From: Dimorphilus gyrociliatus
Lineage: Eukaryota; Animalia; Annelida
NCBI GenBank assembly: GCA_904063045.1
Contig: CAJFCJ010000058.1
Coordinates: 15,973 to 79,972 of the forward strand
Direction of reading: 5' to 3'
Length of the DNA: 64,000 nt
Below are positions 25,555-37,577 of this stretch, piece by piece. The translations under genes were made by a program, and so were the position numbers. The stretch's first letter is position 1. Each line of letters starts with the position of its first letter. The notes below the pieces were generated by a model, which worked only from the letters and a program-made list of their open reading frames with translations, was not told the DNA's origin and did no database searches.

Positions 25555-27249
25555 CCTAAAATTTTCTCATAGGATTTAAATTTCCACGAGACGGATATAT
25601 AAAAGCAGTAATTTTTGATACTGTGGGTAAAAATTATCCTTTACATATTGGAATCTGGGAGAGATTATGCACAGATCCATTAACCTTCGTATGTAAGAAT
25701 AAAATTGTAATTCCCGGATCAACAACTCCTGGAATTGGAGTATTTAATGTAACTGAAAAAAGTTTTGTTAAAACAAATTATTCAATTGAGTTTGATTTTT
25801 TCAATAGTCATCAGCGTAATATTAAAATAAGTGAGAATAAAAACGATCTTTTGGCAACTGTCTTTTATGAAGTAAATTTAAAATATCATTTCTATTATAA
25901 TCTAAAAGATTCTGAATTTGTCTATTCTAACTAGAAATTTCAGAGGCTTGCAATAAAATCATTAGTACATTTGGTTCACCAGTCATAGATAAGATGTATC
26001 GTGGAGCAAATTTTTTAAATATAGTTACTCATCCTAGCTTCGTTAGCAATGGGTTTATACTTGGCTTTAAAATGTTTAAATTATTCAGTGGAATATGTTT
26101 CGTAGGAATTTGGAGATCACTTCCAGATCAGATTTATCCCTTCAAATTAAAATTGATCCATATAATGCCTATAGAAAATTGACCAGCATCAACTGAACAA
26201 GCTATAACTCTTTTGCAGCCTATAGCTATAAAAAATGGTGATATTTTAACAATACTATTCATAAGAAAGATGATAAACATATAATAGCAAATGATGTTAA
26301 AGAAACCCACTATCCATAAGAGAATCATGATTATATTTCATATAATTTTAGTTTTATTAAATATATAAATTTTCAACTCTAATATCGACAGTTATGTGGA
26401 AGTGATGTCTTTTTTGAAGATTTTCACATTGGTTACATGTTCAATTGCGAAAACGCTCTTCACTCTTTCTTTAAACTGAGCCCACCTAGTTACATAGAAA
26501 ATATTTTAATAATTGTCCTAATCCAATTATCCAACTGTATTAAATAGTTAAAGTTTTTTTCCTTAACCTGTGCATATATGAACCAAAGAATAATCAACAC
26601 ATATAAAAAGAGTATATATTGCTTTTCAATTCTTGAGTTCGGAATGTGTTGGCTAATTTTTGTGATTGTAACAAGTACTTATGCTCCCATTGGAAATAGG
26701 CCTACCATATTAAAATATCAATAATTCAGAGATTTGAGATGAAAAATGTATTTTTTCTCTCTATAATGATAAGAAGAATATTATTAAATATACTAATATC
26801 CTTCATTTTCATTCTTTGAGTACGGAAAGAGAAAAAATCAAGAAAATATTATTTTTTTAAGGTGTAACAGTGACTTACCGCCGGTACTGTATTAGAACAT
26901 TTTTGTAGATTTTCAATCTCTATGCTTTGTTTTTCATTTAAATTATATGAATGCAAAAATATCTGCCTTAAAGTAGTTGAAGATTTTTGGAGCTCTTCAC
27001 AAATACTGAAAATTTCATTTTGCATCTGTCTATTCTCAGATAATTGAATTGTTTTTATATTAGAACATCTATTAAGGAAATATAACTATTTACTTAATAG
27101 AAATCTCTTTAAAGTTTTGCAGTACTAATTCCTATGAGAGGAATATTATATATAAAAAATATCAATATGATTTGATAAGAATCTCTAACAATAGAATTTC
27201 AGTCATGCAAAAAGAGAAATCTTTATTTTCATTAAAAGAATTAATATTT

Positions 27250-28236
27250 TCAATATTTTATGCCAATTTGTAAGAGAATTTCTTCCATTATTTCGGCAAT
27301 AGCAATCGAGTCATCCAATGAGACAAGATCGTGCTCGGTCTTGCCTTGGAGAAGTGCTTCCCGAACAGCTTGAGCTTGATAGCAAAATCCTTCACTGTTG
27401 GGGAAAATCATTGGCTTATTAACTTTTGGAAGATTAAAACTCTTCTTTCCACTTGGAGTTTCAATATTAGTAGGAGCATGGAAGTGGTCAACTTCAATTG
27501 AGCCTTCAGTGCCATAAATTCTTGCTACATTTTTCATTGGTGTCTTAAAAGTGCTTAGAAGGTTTGCAGCTCCACCATTTTTAAAGAGTAAGGTGAAACT
27601 GGTAAGAGAATCTACTCCATTCTCAAGTAGATGACCACAAGATGTAATTTTAATGGGTTTTTCACCAAAAACTAGAAGAGCCAATTGTACCAAGTAACAG
27701 CCCAAATCCAATACTGAACTTGCGCCCAAACTACGTTCTCTTAAACGAGGTGCAATTCGATCCGCAATTCCAAATGTGCCTGTTAGAACAACCGGTCTTC
27801 CAATACTTCCGGTTTTTAATTCATTTCTTAATTCATTGTAGACTGGAAAAAATCTACTCCAGTAACCTTCCATTAAGAAAACTTTATTCTTTCTAGCAGC
27901 TTCAACCAATTCTTTGGTTTGTTTCGTATTTACGCAAAGAGGTTTTTCGCATAGAACATTTTTTCCTTTATTAAGTAAATTCAAAGCTATTGGATGATGA
28001 GCTGTATTAATTGATCCAATGTAAAATATATCAATGTCATTATCATCAGCTAGCTCAGCATAGCTTCCATATGCTTTTGGTATATTAAACCTCTTTGCAA
28101 ATGCATTTGCATCATCCAACTTTCTAGCAGCCACTGCTTTAACAATATGTTCATTTTCTGGTAAATATTTTAGACACGACGTGAAATCCGAAGAAATGTT
28201 ACCAGTGCTAATAATTCCCCATTTTGTAGCCGCCAT
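27250..28236 (-). CDS. DHDH: Gfo/Idh/MocA-family trans-1,2-dihydrobenzene-1,2-diol dehydrogenase (D-xylose dehydrogenase), intronless ORF, 328 aa
   Basis: WGIISTGNIS Rossmann motif, AVAAR, AYGSYAEL, VLCEKP, FLMEGYWSRFFP, LDLGCY. Confidence 0.92.
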   Translation of the reverse strand: MAATKWGIISTGNISSDFTSCLKYLPENEHIVKAVAARKLDDANAFAKRFNIPKAYGSYAELADDNDIDIFYIGSINTAHHPIALNLLNKGKNVLCEKPLCVNTKQTKELVEAARKNKVFLMEGYWSRFFPVYNELRNELKTGSIGRPVVLTGTFGIADRIAPRLRERSLGASSVLDLGCYLVQLALLVFGEKPIKITSCGHLLENGVDSLTSFTLLFKNGGAANLLSTFKTPMKNVARIYGTEGSIEVDHFHAPTNIETPSGKKSFNLPKVNKPMIFPNSEGFCYQAQAVREALLQGKTEHDLVSLDDSIAIAEIMEEILLQIGIKY

Positions 28237-28689
28237 TTTTACGAACTTTATACTTAAACACTTGAATTATCAGTAAACACATTTATCAACAAGGACATTG
28301 CAAAACAGTCAATTAGAAATTTCGAATACTATTTGATTGTTGCTGTTGTAGTGTTTAAATAACTTATTTGATGTAGACAAAAGAATTTATAAGCAGTACT
28401 CTTCTGTTCATTGTCATATTTGATAAACTTTTAAAATAATTAATATCCAATTCATATTAGGGCTAAATGAACTTGAGATATCGAACTGAAAAGGGTACAG
28501 CAATGTCCTTTGCAGAGTTGTTATTAAATTTTTACACATCTTATAAAAAATTGAAGTAGATGGTGAATGTTTAAAAATTCATTAGAAACAGATAAACCAT
28601 TCAAAACAGTCTGTAGTCATTTGTTAAATGAAAGCTTATCAATATTCTGTTTTTATTGTTTGTCATGAAGAATCATTCAAAGATTATTT

Positions 28690-29388
28690 TCTTATAAATG
28701 GGAATGGATCTCAAATAGTCATTCTGTTGAAAATTGTTGGATACATATTAATTTTGAACAATTTTACAACATTTCCCATTTGGAAGTAATGTCAAGAATT
28801 TATTCTAAACCAAAGCCTAAACTATTAGAATTACATTTTTCAAATAATACAGTATCCTATCAATTACCCAATGTCAGCACTCTGCAAACTATCCTATTAG
28901 ACAGGAATTATTATTCAAATTACCTTAGAATATATGTTAAATCAATATATGTCACTTCCGGTCATATTGGATTTATGATCATTAGGGCTTACACCTTAAC
29001 TAAAGGTCTTAATGGATTAAAAGCTCTTAAAAAAGATAATTTACCATGTCTTTTACCGAGTAAGAACAATTATCCCTATGATTCCTTATTGTTTAATGAG
29101 AATGATGCTACATGTACATCAATAAATCTGCAGTTGTTGGGATATTCAAAATATATATCTTCAAAAGTCATCATAAAAACAAAAGATGGAGGAATAGATT
29201 CATGTAAAAATTTATCTGTATTTAAAACTTCCAATGAATGCATATATGAAAAATGTATTCTTGAAGATTACAATTCAGCTTGTCAATTTGTCTGTAAGGT
29301 ATGTTTGCAGAATACTGTTTGCAATTTTATCATTTTTCAAAATGTGAATAATGATAATCAATTGTGCGAAATTCAATTTCAACTATAA
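28690..29388 (+). CDS. F5/8C-like domain + C-terminal Cys-rich module ending LCEIQF; 5' end unresolved
   Basis: The frame upstream of the called ORF reads WEWISNSHSVENCWIHINFEQFYNISHLEVMSR (discoidin-like), then NENDATCTSI...CQFVCKVC...LCEIQFQL. Confidence 0.5.
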   Translation, partial: SYKWEWISNSHSVENCWIHINFEQFYNISHLEVMSRIYSKPKPKLLELHFSNNTVSYQLPNVSTLQTILLDRNYYSNYLRIYVKSIYVTSGHIGFMIIRAYTLTKGLNGLKALKKDNLPCLLPSKNNYPYDSLLFNENDATCTSINLQLLGYSKYISSKVIIKTKDGGIDSCKNLSVFKTSNECIYEKCILEDYNSACQFVCKVCLQNTVCNFIIFQNVNNDNQLCEIQFQL

Positions 29389-29542
29389 TCTTTTTGAAGA
29401 ATTTTAGCACTAATTTTTGTCTTCATCAAACTATTATCGTATTGAATATAAAAATCATTTCAATGCTAAACCATTACTTTTAAAGTTTTCAAGTTGTTTC
29501 TTATAATTTGAGGAGATTTTCCTACACACCACCGATATTAAT

Positions 29543-30262
29543 GGTGTCTGGAGATTTCGTCTCAAATATTGGTTGCTCAATTTCTAAACTTATTTATTAA
29601 AATTTTCTATGTAATTTGATAAAAAATTCTTGTTCAACTCTCAAATATTATATTATTTGATTGTATTTATCTCCCTTCCACAAACTGAAAAATTAATTTT
29701 TTAAAGCTGGAGATTTCGTCCACTTTTTGGAGATTGAATCTTCTAATTACTTTTGTTTTGATTTGGGAAATGGTTAGGAGGAAAAAAAGAAAACGTCCCC
29801 AAGTGAGATTTTTAAAAGCAACATTTCGGATTGAAAAATGGTTAGGATGAGTGAAGTAGCCATTGATTTGTAGTTAGGGGGGAGGGGTTCCATCTAGGGG
29901 TCATGGGTAATCAAAAAGGTTAAGGAGAGACTAGGTCTAGGTTAGGGTTAGGGTTAAACCATGCATTTGGGGACGTTTTCTGTGGTACCCGGAAAAAAAA
30001 CATCAATTGATTTGCAGTCAGGGGGGTCAGGGTTAGGGTTAGAGGTAATGAAATGGTTAGGCATACATAGAGAATGGTTTAGGATTAGGATATAACCATG
30101 CTTCTGGGTGCGGGTTAGTTTTCATATAAAAACATTGGCTGTTTCTTTTTATAAATCTACACCTGTTAAAAGGCCCATTTTAAACTTTTCACACAAACTA
30201 AAAATCCTATTCTGCAATAACTAGATGAAGTCTATAGAAATTGGACGAAATCCCCTGTAACC
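29543..30262. mobile_element. Composite non-autonomous TIR element holding nested telomere-repeat MITE sequence
   Basis: Left GGTGTCTGGAGATTTCGTC versus right reverse complement GGTTACAGGGGATTTCGTC; flanks ATATTAAT / AAATTAAT. Confidence 0.45.
29789..29990. mobile_element. Telomere-repeat MITE, inverted relative to the 59864 copy, nested in an older relative
   Basis: The reverse complement aligns closely with 59864-60070. Flanked by GGAAAAAAA at 29780-29788 and 29991-29999. About 10 nt of the left tip is missing. Confidence 0.75.
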
Positions 30263-30861
30263 AAATTAATTATCATTGATTTCAATATGCCTAATGTAAA
30301 GAATCCCAAAAATAATCTGAAGATTGTAAACATACATTTTGCCACTAGGTGGCATACTAGTACTAGTTACATAAATTGCATCAAAAAAATTTTTTGTACA
30401 AACTTAAACTTTCTGTTCAATGCGTCTCTTCTCACAAATTAAACTACATATGTCTATTTCCATAAATGTCAGAGGACACACCAATAGACATCAATATACA
30501 GGAATCTAACATGATAAAACAGTATATATAAAGATCATTCATCAGGAAATGGAAATGAAATTTATAATGTAAATTTTTTATCAATAAATGAGATCTAAAA
30601 ATATCATTTAACAATAGGGATTTTGCATGTTTTTAATTATTTTAAATCAATAACACGAGTATCTCACACCAATTTCATAATTGAAAACATTAATCATCGT
30701 ATTTTCTTCTCGTATGAATATACAACACTTTTTTAACGGAATTAATCCAACCAATGGTATTAACTCTTAATATTTATGATAAAGGTTGGTCTAAATTGAT
30801 TTTTTTGTCTATTTATTTTCCTTTTAGCTGAAATTTTTCCACATCACAATTCAATTAATGA

Positions 30862-31863
30862 ATGTCTGTCATGCTTAATACGTTGATTGTTATCATCTGC
30901 ATTATTTTACATAGTTTTTTCTGTTCTGCTACAGAATATGTTTCTTGTAGAGCTGCACTGTTTGAAACTGAAGAGAATGGTACATATTCTATAAAACCAA
31001 GATTAAATGGCCATAGTGCAAATGTAACTTGTAATAAGCTTAATTCAACTCATGGTATTGCTATGTTAGGTAACACTGCTGAAACGGAAATTCTTCTCTC
31101 AGATACTTACGAACATAATAATTATGAAAATCAAATCAAATATGGAGACTATGATGATGACGATATAAGAGAGTTTAAAAATACGAAGATCACTTGTTCT
31201 CAAGGAATCACATTCACTAATAAAGAATCAACGCCAGCAGCTCACAAATTTCTATTCAATGACAATACACTGTTTGAAAACATTAATGGCTTTACTGATG
31301 GAATATGCAAATGCTTCATAAGAACTGTATGTGACACTACTGATAATCCAGATTCTGAGTGTGTTATGATAGGTGGTCCTGAGGTTACTGAAGAAGGAGA
31401 TTTTAGTGTTTTTTCACACAGATTACCAATAAGAGAAATACATACAGGAGATGTTAGTGATCCACAGGAATTTGTTCGCTATTCAGTTCATAAATTAAAA
31501 TGTATTTTTGAACTTCAACTCAACTTTTATGTATTTACCAATCACAATACTACTTGCTTGAATAATAATACCTTTAATATACTCAATGATGGACATTCAA
31601 CAACTTGTACATCCCTTCCATCAGAAATTCCATTCCAACTGGAAAGTATTAAAGAAATTAATTCTGTCAAAATTATAACAAATGAATTAGAACCGTGTCA
31701 ATTAAATATAGAATTTTATCTTCAAGGGAACAATGATATGAAAATATTATGTTTAAAAGATGATAATTGCAATTTTAAATGTCCACCTTCAAATTCAATT
31801 AATTTTCAATTATTTGAAAGTGAAGAAAATATCAAACTATGTGAAATTGTATTAAATTTTTAA
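30862..31863 (+). CDS. CASPR/neurexin-IV-type fibrinogen-like domain + C-terminal Cys-rich module ending LCEIVL
   Basis: SC...GTYSIKP...VTC...IKY...CSQGITF...CKC...C...LPIREIHTGD...LKC follows the CASPR fibrinogen-like pattern. The N-terminus is either a signal peptide or a short intron. Confidence 0.7.
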   Translation: MSVMLNTLIVIICIILHSFFCSATEYVSCRAALFETEENGTYSIKPRLNGHSANVTCNKLNSTHGIAMLGNTAETEILLSDTYEHNNYENQIKYGDYDDDDIREFKNTKITCSQGITFTNKESTPAAHKFLFNDNTLFENINGFTDGICKCFIRTVCDTTDNPDSECVMIGGPEVTEEGDFSVFSHRLPIREIHTGDVSDPQEFVRYSVHKLKCIFELQLNFYVFTNHNTTCLNNNTFNILNDGHSTTCTSLPSEIPFQLESIKEINSVKIITNELEPCQLNIEFYLQGNNDMKILCLKDDNCNFKCPPSNSINFQLFESEENIKLCEIVLNF

Positions 31864-32988
31864 GCAGTTCTTTCCCTGTTTTTCTCATTTTTCAGGAAAA
31901 GTTTCTGATTAGAGTTAAAACTAAGATAAAATTTTCGTCCCAATATTTTTGTGTGATTAAAAGACTCAATTAATATTAATTATTTAAAATGTATTCCACT
32001 ACTCCTCCTTTGCCAATTTGTGTTTTTACAAGTTACAACAGTACTGGTTCTACTTGAACCTTTAACATAAATGTTTCATTTAAAGAGTTTATTTGAAATA
32101 AATTACTTACACAAGTAACAATATGCAAGTCCAATGGCAGAGTAGATAATTTGTAGTAGCAGGTTGCCAAATTATCTGAAATTGACACCTAACATCCAGT
32201 TGGTGTAATGGATAGTTACTGTTTATGTTTAGTAATAGGATGTTACAATAGTCTAACCTTTAGAAAGGCTAATTGAATTATAGCTTGGCTAAAACTAAAC
32301 CAGTAATGAAAGTTGGACCTTTTGGATGACTAATTGAAATGTAATTGGGCCAAACCTTATAGAATTTTTTACAGATTGGTATGAGTTGTGTATAGTAACA
32401 TATTTTAAGCGTAAAACAAAACGAAAGTTGTACAATCATAAAAAAATGTAAAATTCCTAATGAATTATTCTTTGATTGAAATTCTGGTATTGAGTAATAT
32501 TAAAAACAGTAACATCTCTAATAATTTATAGAAATAGATACTTAGGCAAGTAGTTAAAAGACTTTTTATTTATCTATTCATTTTCTATTTTTAACATTTC
32601 TCCAAGCTTTTACATTATCAATAATTTACGCATCAAAATTGATATTTTGATCAGTAAATTATAACCTAAACACGTATATTAGAGAAAAATAAGGGAAGGA
32701 AATACAAAATTTCTTAAATACCTATTCTACTCAAATTGTTTGGTAAACTGGTAGGGATTAGGGGTTGGGCTAAGATGACAATATTAGAGATATTTTTCAC
32801 CAGAATCCTTTGGTCTTGATTAAAGAAATTCTTTACATTATTAATGGAGAGGATTTTCTTTTATCTTAAAATGATGCTATATTATTGATAATTCTAGAAC
32901 ACGCACTTCTTCTATTATGCATCATAGAGATTAGTTTTATATCTATATATATTCATGTACATCAACAGAAGCAACTGTAGTTGGAGAG

Positions 32989-33900
32989 ATGGGCTTTGCA
33001 AGTGTATATATATCAATTATTTCTAGTTCAATTCAAGTTTTTGGCTTTCTTTTGAATATTAACCTTATTATTATTGGTGTAATTAATAAAGATTTATGGA
33101 AATTACACAACTTTGGTATTACAGCTTTAACTTTTACAGATATTTCTTATTCAATAATCTTCTTCCTTTTCATTTTTCTTCATGATTCTTATACAAATTC
33201 TTACAGTTGCCTTATTTCATTTCAATTCATTTTTATGATTGTTTCAGTATCATCTTTTACATTGACTTTAATTACATTTGAAAAGTTTATGGCAGTTGTA
33301 AAACCTTTTGTATTTTCTAAAATGTGGACAATGAAGCGAGCTCTTATCTTACTTTCTTTAATATGGTTTATTTGCTTTGCTATTTGTTCACTTCCGGTTA
33401 TGGGTTGGAATAAGTACGACGGGAATTCGCAACAAAATATTACTACAGATTGTCGTTCATTTAGTGTCTTTTCCTTTTCATACATGTTTTTTTGGTCCTT
33501 TACTACCATTATGCCAAATGCTGTTGCATCTTTAATATTATATATTCCAATAGTAAGAGCAATTAGAAAGCAAAGAAAAGCAATTTGCGATACATCTTAT
33601 ACCAATAATACCACCTCTGAAGGAAGCAGTATTCGAATTTTGACCAGTTTATTAATAATAAATTGCGTGTTTACAATTTTTCCACCTGCATTAACTGCTG
33701 CTGAGTATTACAGACTCAACGGAAAATATTATTTATCAGACTATCATTTTGAATTAGTTACTGACTCATTTACTGCAATTGTTGTTTCAAATCCAACAGT
33801 TAATGCCCTAGTTCATGGTTATACAAAATCCTCTATAAGAAATCATACTAAACAATTTTACATTGCACTCATTAAGAATTGTACTTTTAAAAAATTATAG
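32989..33900 (+). CDS. Class A (rhodopsin-like) GPCR, intronless ORF, 303 aa
   Basis: Seven hydrophobic segments; LTFTD in TM2, Cys atop TM3, TFEKFMAVVKPF, LPVMGWN, and TM7 NPTVNALVHGY. Confidence 0.85.
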   Translation: MGFASVYISIISSSIQVFGFLLNINLIIIGVINKDLWKLHNFGITALTFTDISYSIIFFLFIFLHDSYTNSYSCLISFQFIFMIVSVSSFTLTLITFEKFMAVVKPFVFSKMWTMKRALILLSLIWFICFAICSLPVMGWNKYDGNSQQNITTDCRSFSVFSFSYMFFWSFTTIMPNAVASLILYIPIVRAIRKQRKAICDTSYTNNTTSEGSSIRILTSLLIINCVFTIFPPALTAAEYYRLNGKYYLSDYHFELVTDSFTAIVVSNPTVNALVHGYTKSSIRNHTKQFYIALIKNCTFKKL

Positions 33901-33987
33901 GACTATACTCAATACGTTATAGTTAATGATTGAAGAGATACAAATCTGATTATTGGCTAGATAAGGATCATATCACTAAAATTCTCC

Positions 33988-34150
33988 AAAAGATGATTTT
34001 CTCGATATACATTCTTGTGTTTTGTCTAAAACATTTTGAGTTATGTTGTTACAGAATTAATCATAGTCTCATGCTTGGCAGTATGCCAAAAATATATTTT
34101 TAAAGTACTGATAGAATAACTTGATCAGGAAAGTTCATGTATTTGGTATT
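33988..34150. repeat. ~150-bp direct repeat, copy 1 (copy 2 at 37252-37400)
   Basis: Shared AAAAGATGATTTT...TATACATTCTTGTGTTTTGTCTA...TCTCATGCTTGGCAGTATGCCAAAAATATATTTT. Confidence 0.8.
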
Positions 34151-34379
34151 GATACATCTCTTTTTAGTTCAACCACAACTATATAAAATAATAAGTTTGA
34201 ACTTATATTTTTTTTCAAACTATGATGAAAACCCTCTAAGTCATTGTTTGTTCTGATTTTTTGGTCTCTGGAAGTCAAAAGCTACTTTTAATACAGTTGT
34301 CTTCAATATACTCCAAAAAATCACTAAGTTGATTTCTATCAGCTAAATCATTTTTTATATTGTTGAATTAATTTGCAAT

Positions 34380-36010
34380 CAAAGTATGAGGAAGCTGGGG
34401 TAAAGCCAAAATCATTTTGATTGATTTCCAATCTCCATTCTCCTTCTCTCTTTTAAAATTCTCTCGCAGGAAGATTGCAGAAATAAAATCACACAGGAGT
34501 ACCCATCAATGGAAAGATGTTCCAAGGAAATACAATCCTGCAGACTGGTTAACAAAAATGCCTTCCGAATTGAACAAACAACAGTTTGCAGAATGGGTGC
34601 ATCGACTCATTGAAACACAGGATCAAAAGGGCACCAAACAAATGGTGAAGCTGCTTGTATTAAGAACCCTGAAGGTGATGTCAACTCTGTAGATGAATTG
34701 ATAATGAGGAGATTAGGAAGGGAACCAATAAGTCCTCAGAAGGAACAAGAGATCAAACAAGCTATAGAGGAAGCGCCGCAGCAGATTGATCCGAAGAAGA
34801 TGGCGAAACTTACAAGTTACACTGTTCTTTCTATTCAAATATCAGCAGGAACATCTACTCTCCTTTCTAGTGGTATGACTTCCTTTGTGGATTCCTCAGT
34901 TGCACTACTGTTAGTAGCAATTTAGTCAAATGGAAGTAATTTCCGAGATCTTGTAAGACTTTATTCATCACTCGATGCAAGAACTAAGTCATCAATATAG
35001 AAGCACTGAACCCCTCATCAATCAATTCACTGGTCATGCAATGTGATTGAAAGCACCTTTCTCAAGGTTGGAGATGTAACATATGGGCAAGATGTGTCTT
35101 GTCATCTAGTACTCAATTATGTTTTTATCTTGTGTTGTCCCTGCCTTTGTACTGGAGTACAATAGACCAAAATAGGGCAGGTCATCTGTTTCTAAATTCA
35201 CTTGATGAAACATGGCCTTGATGCATGCTTTAAGAAAGAATCGACCATGCTTTCAATTTGAGATCATTCTAGGAGTACTGCCTACTAGGCGATCACGGAC
35301 GGTAATAACATTGTTCAAATTCATATTCTCGTAGGGGGCTACACGGTCATATACGATCTAAAGTTTCTTTTTCTTTGGATTCGCAATGTCGATTATGAGG
35401 TATAAACCATTTGATGCCTTTTCTCCAGTGTTCTCTCTGGCATCATCATTAGTTATGTAGTTATGAATTCCTTTATTGTATTCCCGCTGTATCCAGCATG
35501 ACAACTATTTCTCTATTGTTTACATCGCTATCAAAGAGGTGTCCTTCTCTCTGATGGTCCCAATTAAGACCTGTTTTACCTGCCTCTTTTCCTCGCAGCG
35601 ATGTAACCAAGAATGTTTACTCTATCCACAGCCTCCTTAAAGTGGTCGTAGACATCTCTCAGCCTGATGATTGCAAGTAGTCGAGCAATTCTCGCATAAT
35701 CCAACCTTTGTTACTAACTTCACTCTTTCTTACTAATTCGAGCGTCTGAATTATATGTATGACCTGAGTATATGGTTCTTTCTGCAGTTGAAGCATATTG
35801 TACCATTATTTACCTCTTTGTCTTGCTGTTGTGTATATCCTGGGATTTTGTTGAGAAGTGAATTTTGCGTTCCTTGTGGATTTGACGTATTCCTCGACAA
35901 AGGATGCAATTTTCTCAAGAGTGAATTGACCCCCTCCTCAACCGTTTTGCTGGTCCATTCGTCACGAAGACTCTGGCACATACAGAATCTCGCAGTGACC
36001 AACCCCAGTA
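34380..36010. mobile_element. Decayed BEL/Pao LTR retrotransposon fragments
   Basis: Minus strand: gag knuckle CFNCRKNH and RT remnants (IVYD, KAMFHQV, FYIDDL). Plus strand: RNase H end KIAEIK...WKDVPRKYNPADWL. Many stops; no LTRs found. Confidence 0.7.
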
Positions 36011-37251
36011 CATTTGTTCCTTTGTGCCCCCTCAGGCATAACTCGCGTTGAATTTTGATTGAATTTCCCCTAATAATTGGGCCATGATGCAGTAAATTTA
36101 ATTTTTGCGTTTATTCAAAGTGTTATATTTGATTTAGAATAATTATTTCCATCACTAACTCATATCAATTATTCACTGTTATATCTAAGACAGTAAAAAT
36201 AGAAAAAAAAATAAATGATATAATCTGACAAAAAGTATTTACTTAGATGTATTGACTTGTTTTTAAAATACAAAAGTAATGTTATTTACAGCTGTATTCG
36301 TATCTTGAAAAAAAGAGAAAAAATAAATTCTCCCCAAGGTGTACTTGACGTCGTAGTTCTAGGTATATCCGTAGTGCTTGTAGATAGGGAAGGCTCTGTG
36401 GTGATGTGTTCGATAGTTGTCGTTCTTGGAGCAGAAGATATCGTACTTAGAGAATCGGTTGTCTGATGAGAATCGAATGGTATGTTCCCACGTATTAATG
36501 CTGAAGTGACAAATTCCAAAAGAAATGGCATCATATACACACCAAGTAACCTCATCCTTTGTAATGTATCTACCATATACTCAGGATGCAAGCAAACTAT
36601 CTGTCTTGAAAACAATTAGAAGACTAATCAATGTCTTTTGTACAAAACGTCATTCTTACATGATCTCCTGCTTTATATATACTGTACTGATAAGCACTGA
36701 TAGTTATCTATGTTTTTTTGCTTTGCTTTGAAATAAATAAACCAATGAGCTCGCGTCTTTGTTTGGTCGTTAATTTGAATTTGCAATGCTTTTGAATATC
36801 TTTTAAATATTTATTATATATTTAAAATACCCAATCAAAACTATAAGAGATATTGCCTATGAAGAATATAAGTAAGCCTATATATGGCAATGCTGCAGAT
36901 AAAAGAAGAACAATATTCTGTTGAAAACACCTGTAAACTTTATTTGACTTTATACTGTTTACATCATACAATGCTACTTTGACCTTCAGAAGATATTTAT
37001 CTTTTTTACCGCAAGCTTATCTTCTGCTCCTAGACATTTTATTATCCTTTTTCATTACTAAAAGCAACATAAAAAACATATGTATTTCTAGATTCACTTC
37101 TTAACTTATTAATTTTCTGCTTTACAGTGCAATAGTAGGAATTTCTATAATTGGTAATTGAACATAGATAAGTTATGTTTATCTTGCAGTCTATCAAAAA
37201 TATCTGTTGTTCTTCAATTCTGCACTGTATATCTCTGTACACAAATTCTTC

Positions 37252-37400
37252 AAAAGATGATTTTGTCATTATACATTCTTGTGTTTTGTCTAGAACATTT
37301 TGAGTTGTGTTGTTAAAGAAATAATCATAATCTCATGCTTGGCAGTATGCCAAAAATATATTTTCTAAAGTATTAATAGAATATCATGTATTTGGTATGA
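37252..37400. repeat. ~150-bp direct repeat, copy 2
   Basis: Aligns with 33988-34150 with a short internal deletion. Confidence 0.8.
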
Positions 37401-37577
37401 TTAAGTACTCTGAAAAAAAGTTGTTAGTGTTTTGTGCAAACAATTGAGTAGTGATTGATTTTAAAGAAAACTACTGTCTCTGATAAAACATTATAGTCAT
37501 TTTTATAAGACTGCAAAACATTTCTCAATGGCATTTGGAAAGTTTTTGGAATATAAAGATTCCTGAACAAATTGTCT

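Noticed and set aside
25600-26330. Short ORFs downstream of the MITE pair
   Set aside because: No recognisable family and no consistent splice model.
29940-30060. TTAGGG runs as a true telomere or chromosome-fusion scar
   Set aside because: Only 2-3 units, at a fixed position inside a TIR/TSD-bounded MITE.
36257-36731. Thr/Ser-rich mucin-like ORF with nearby cysteines
   Set aside because: Short and frame-broken, with no supported start or domain.
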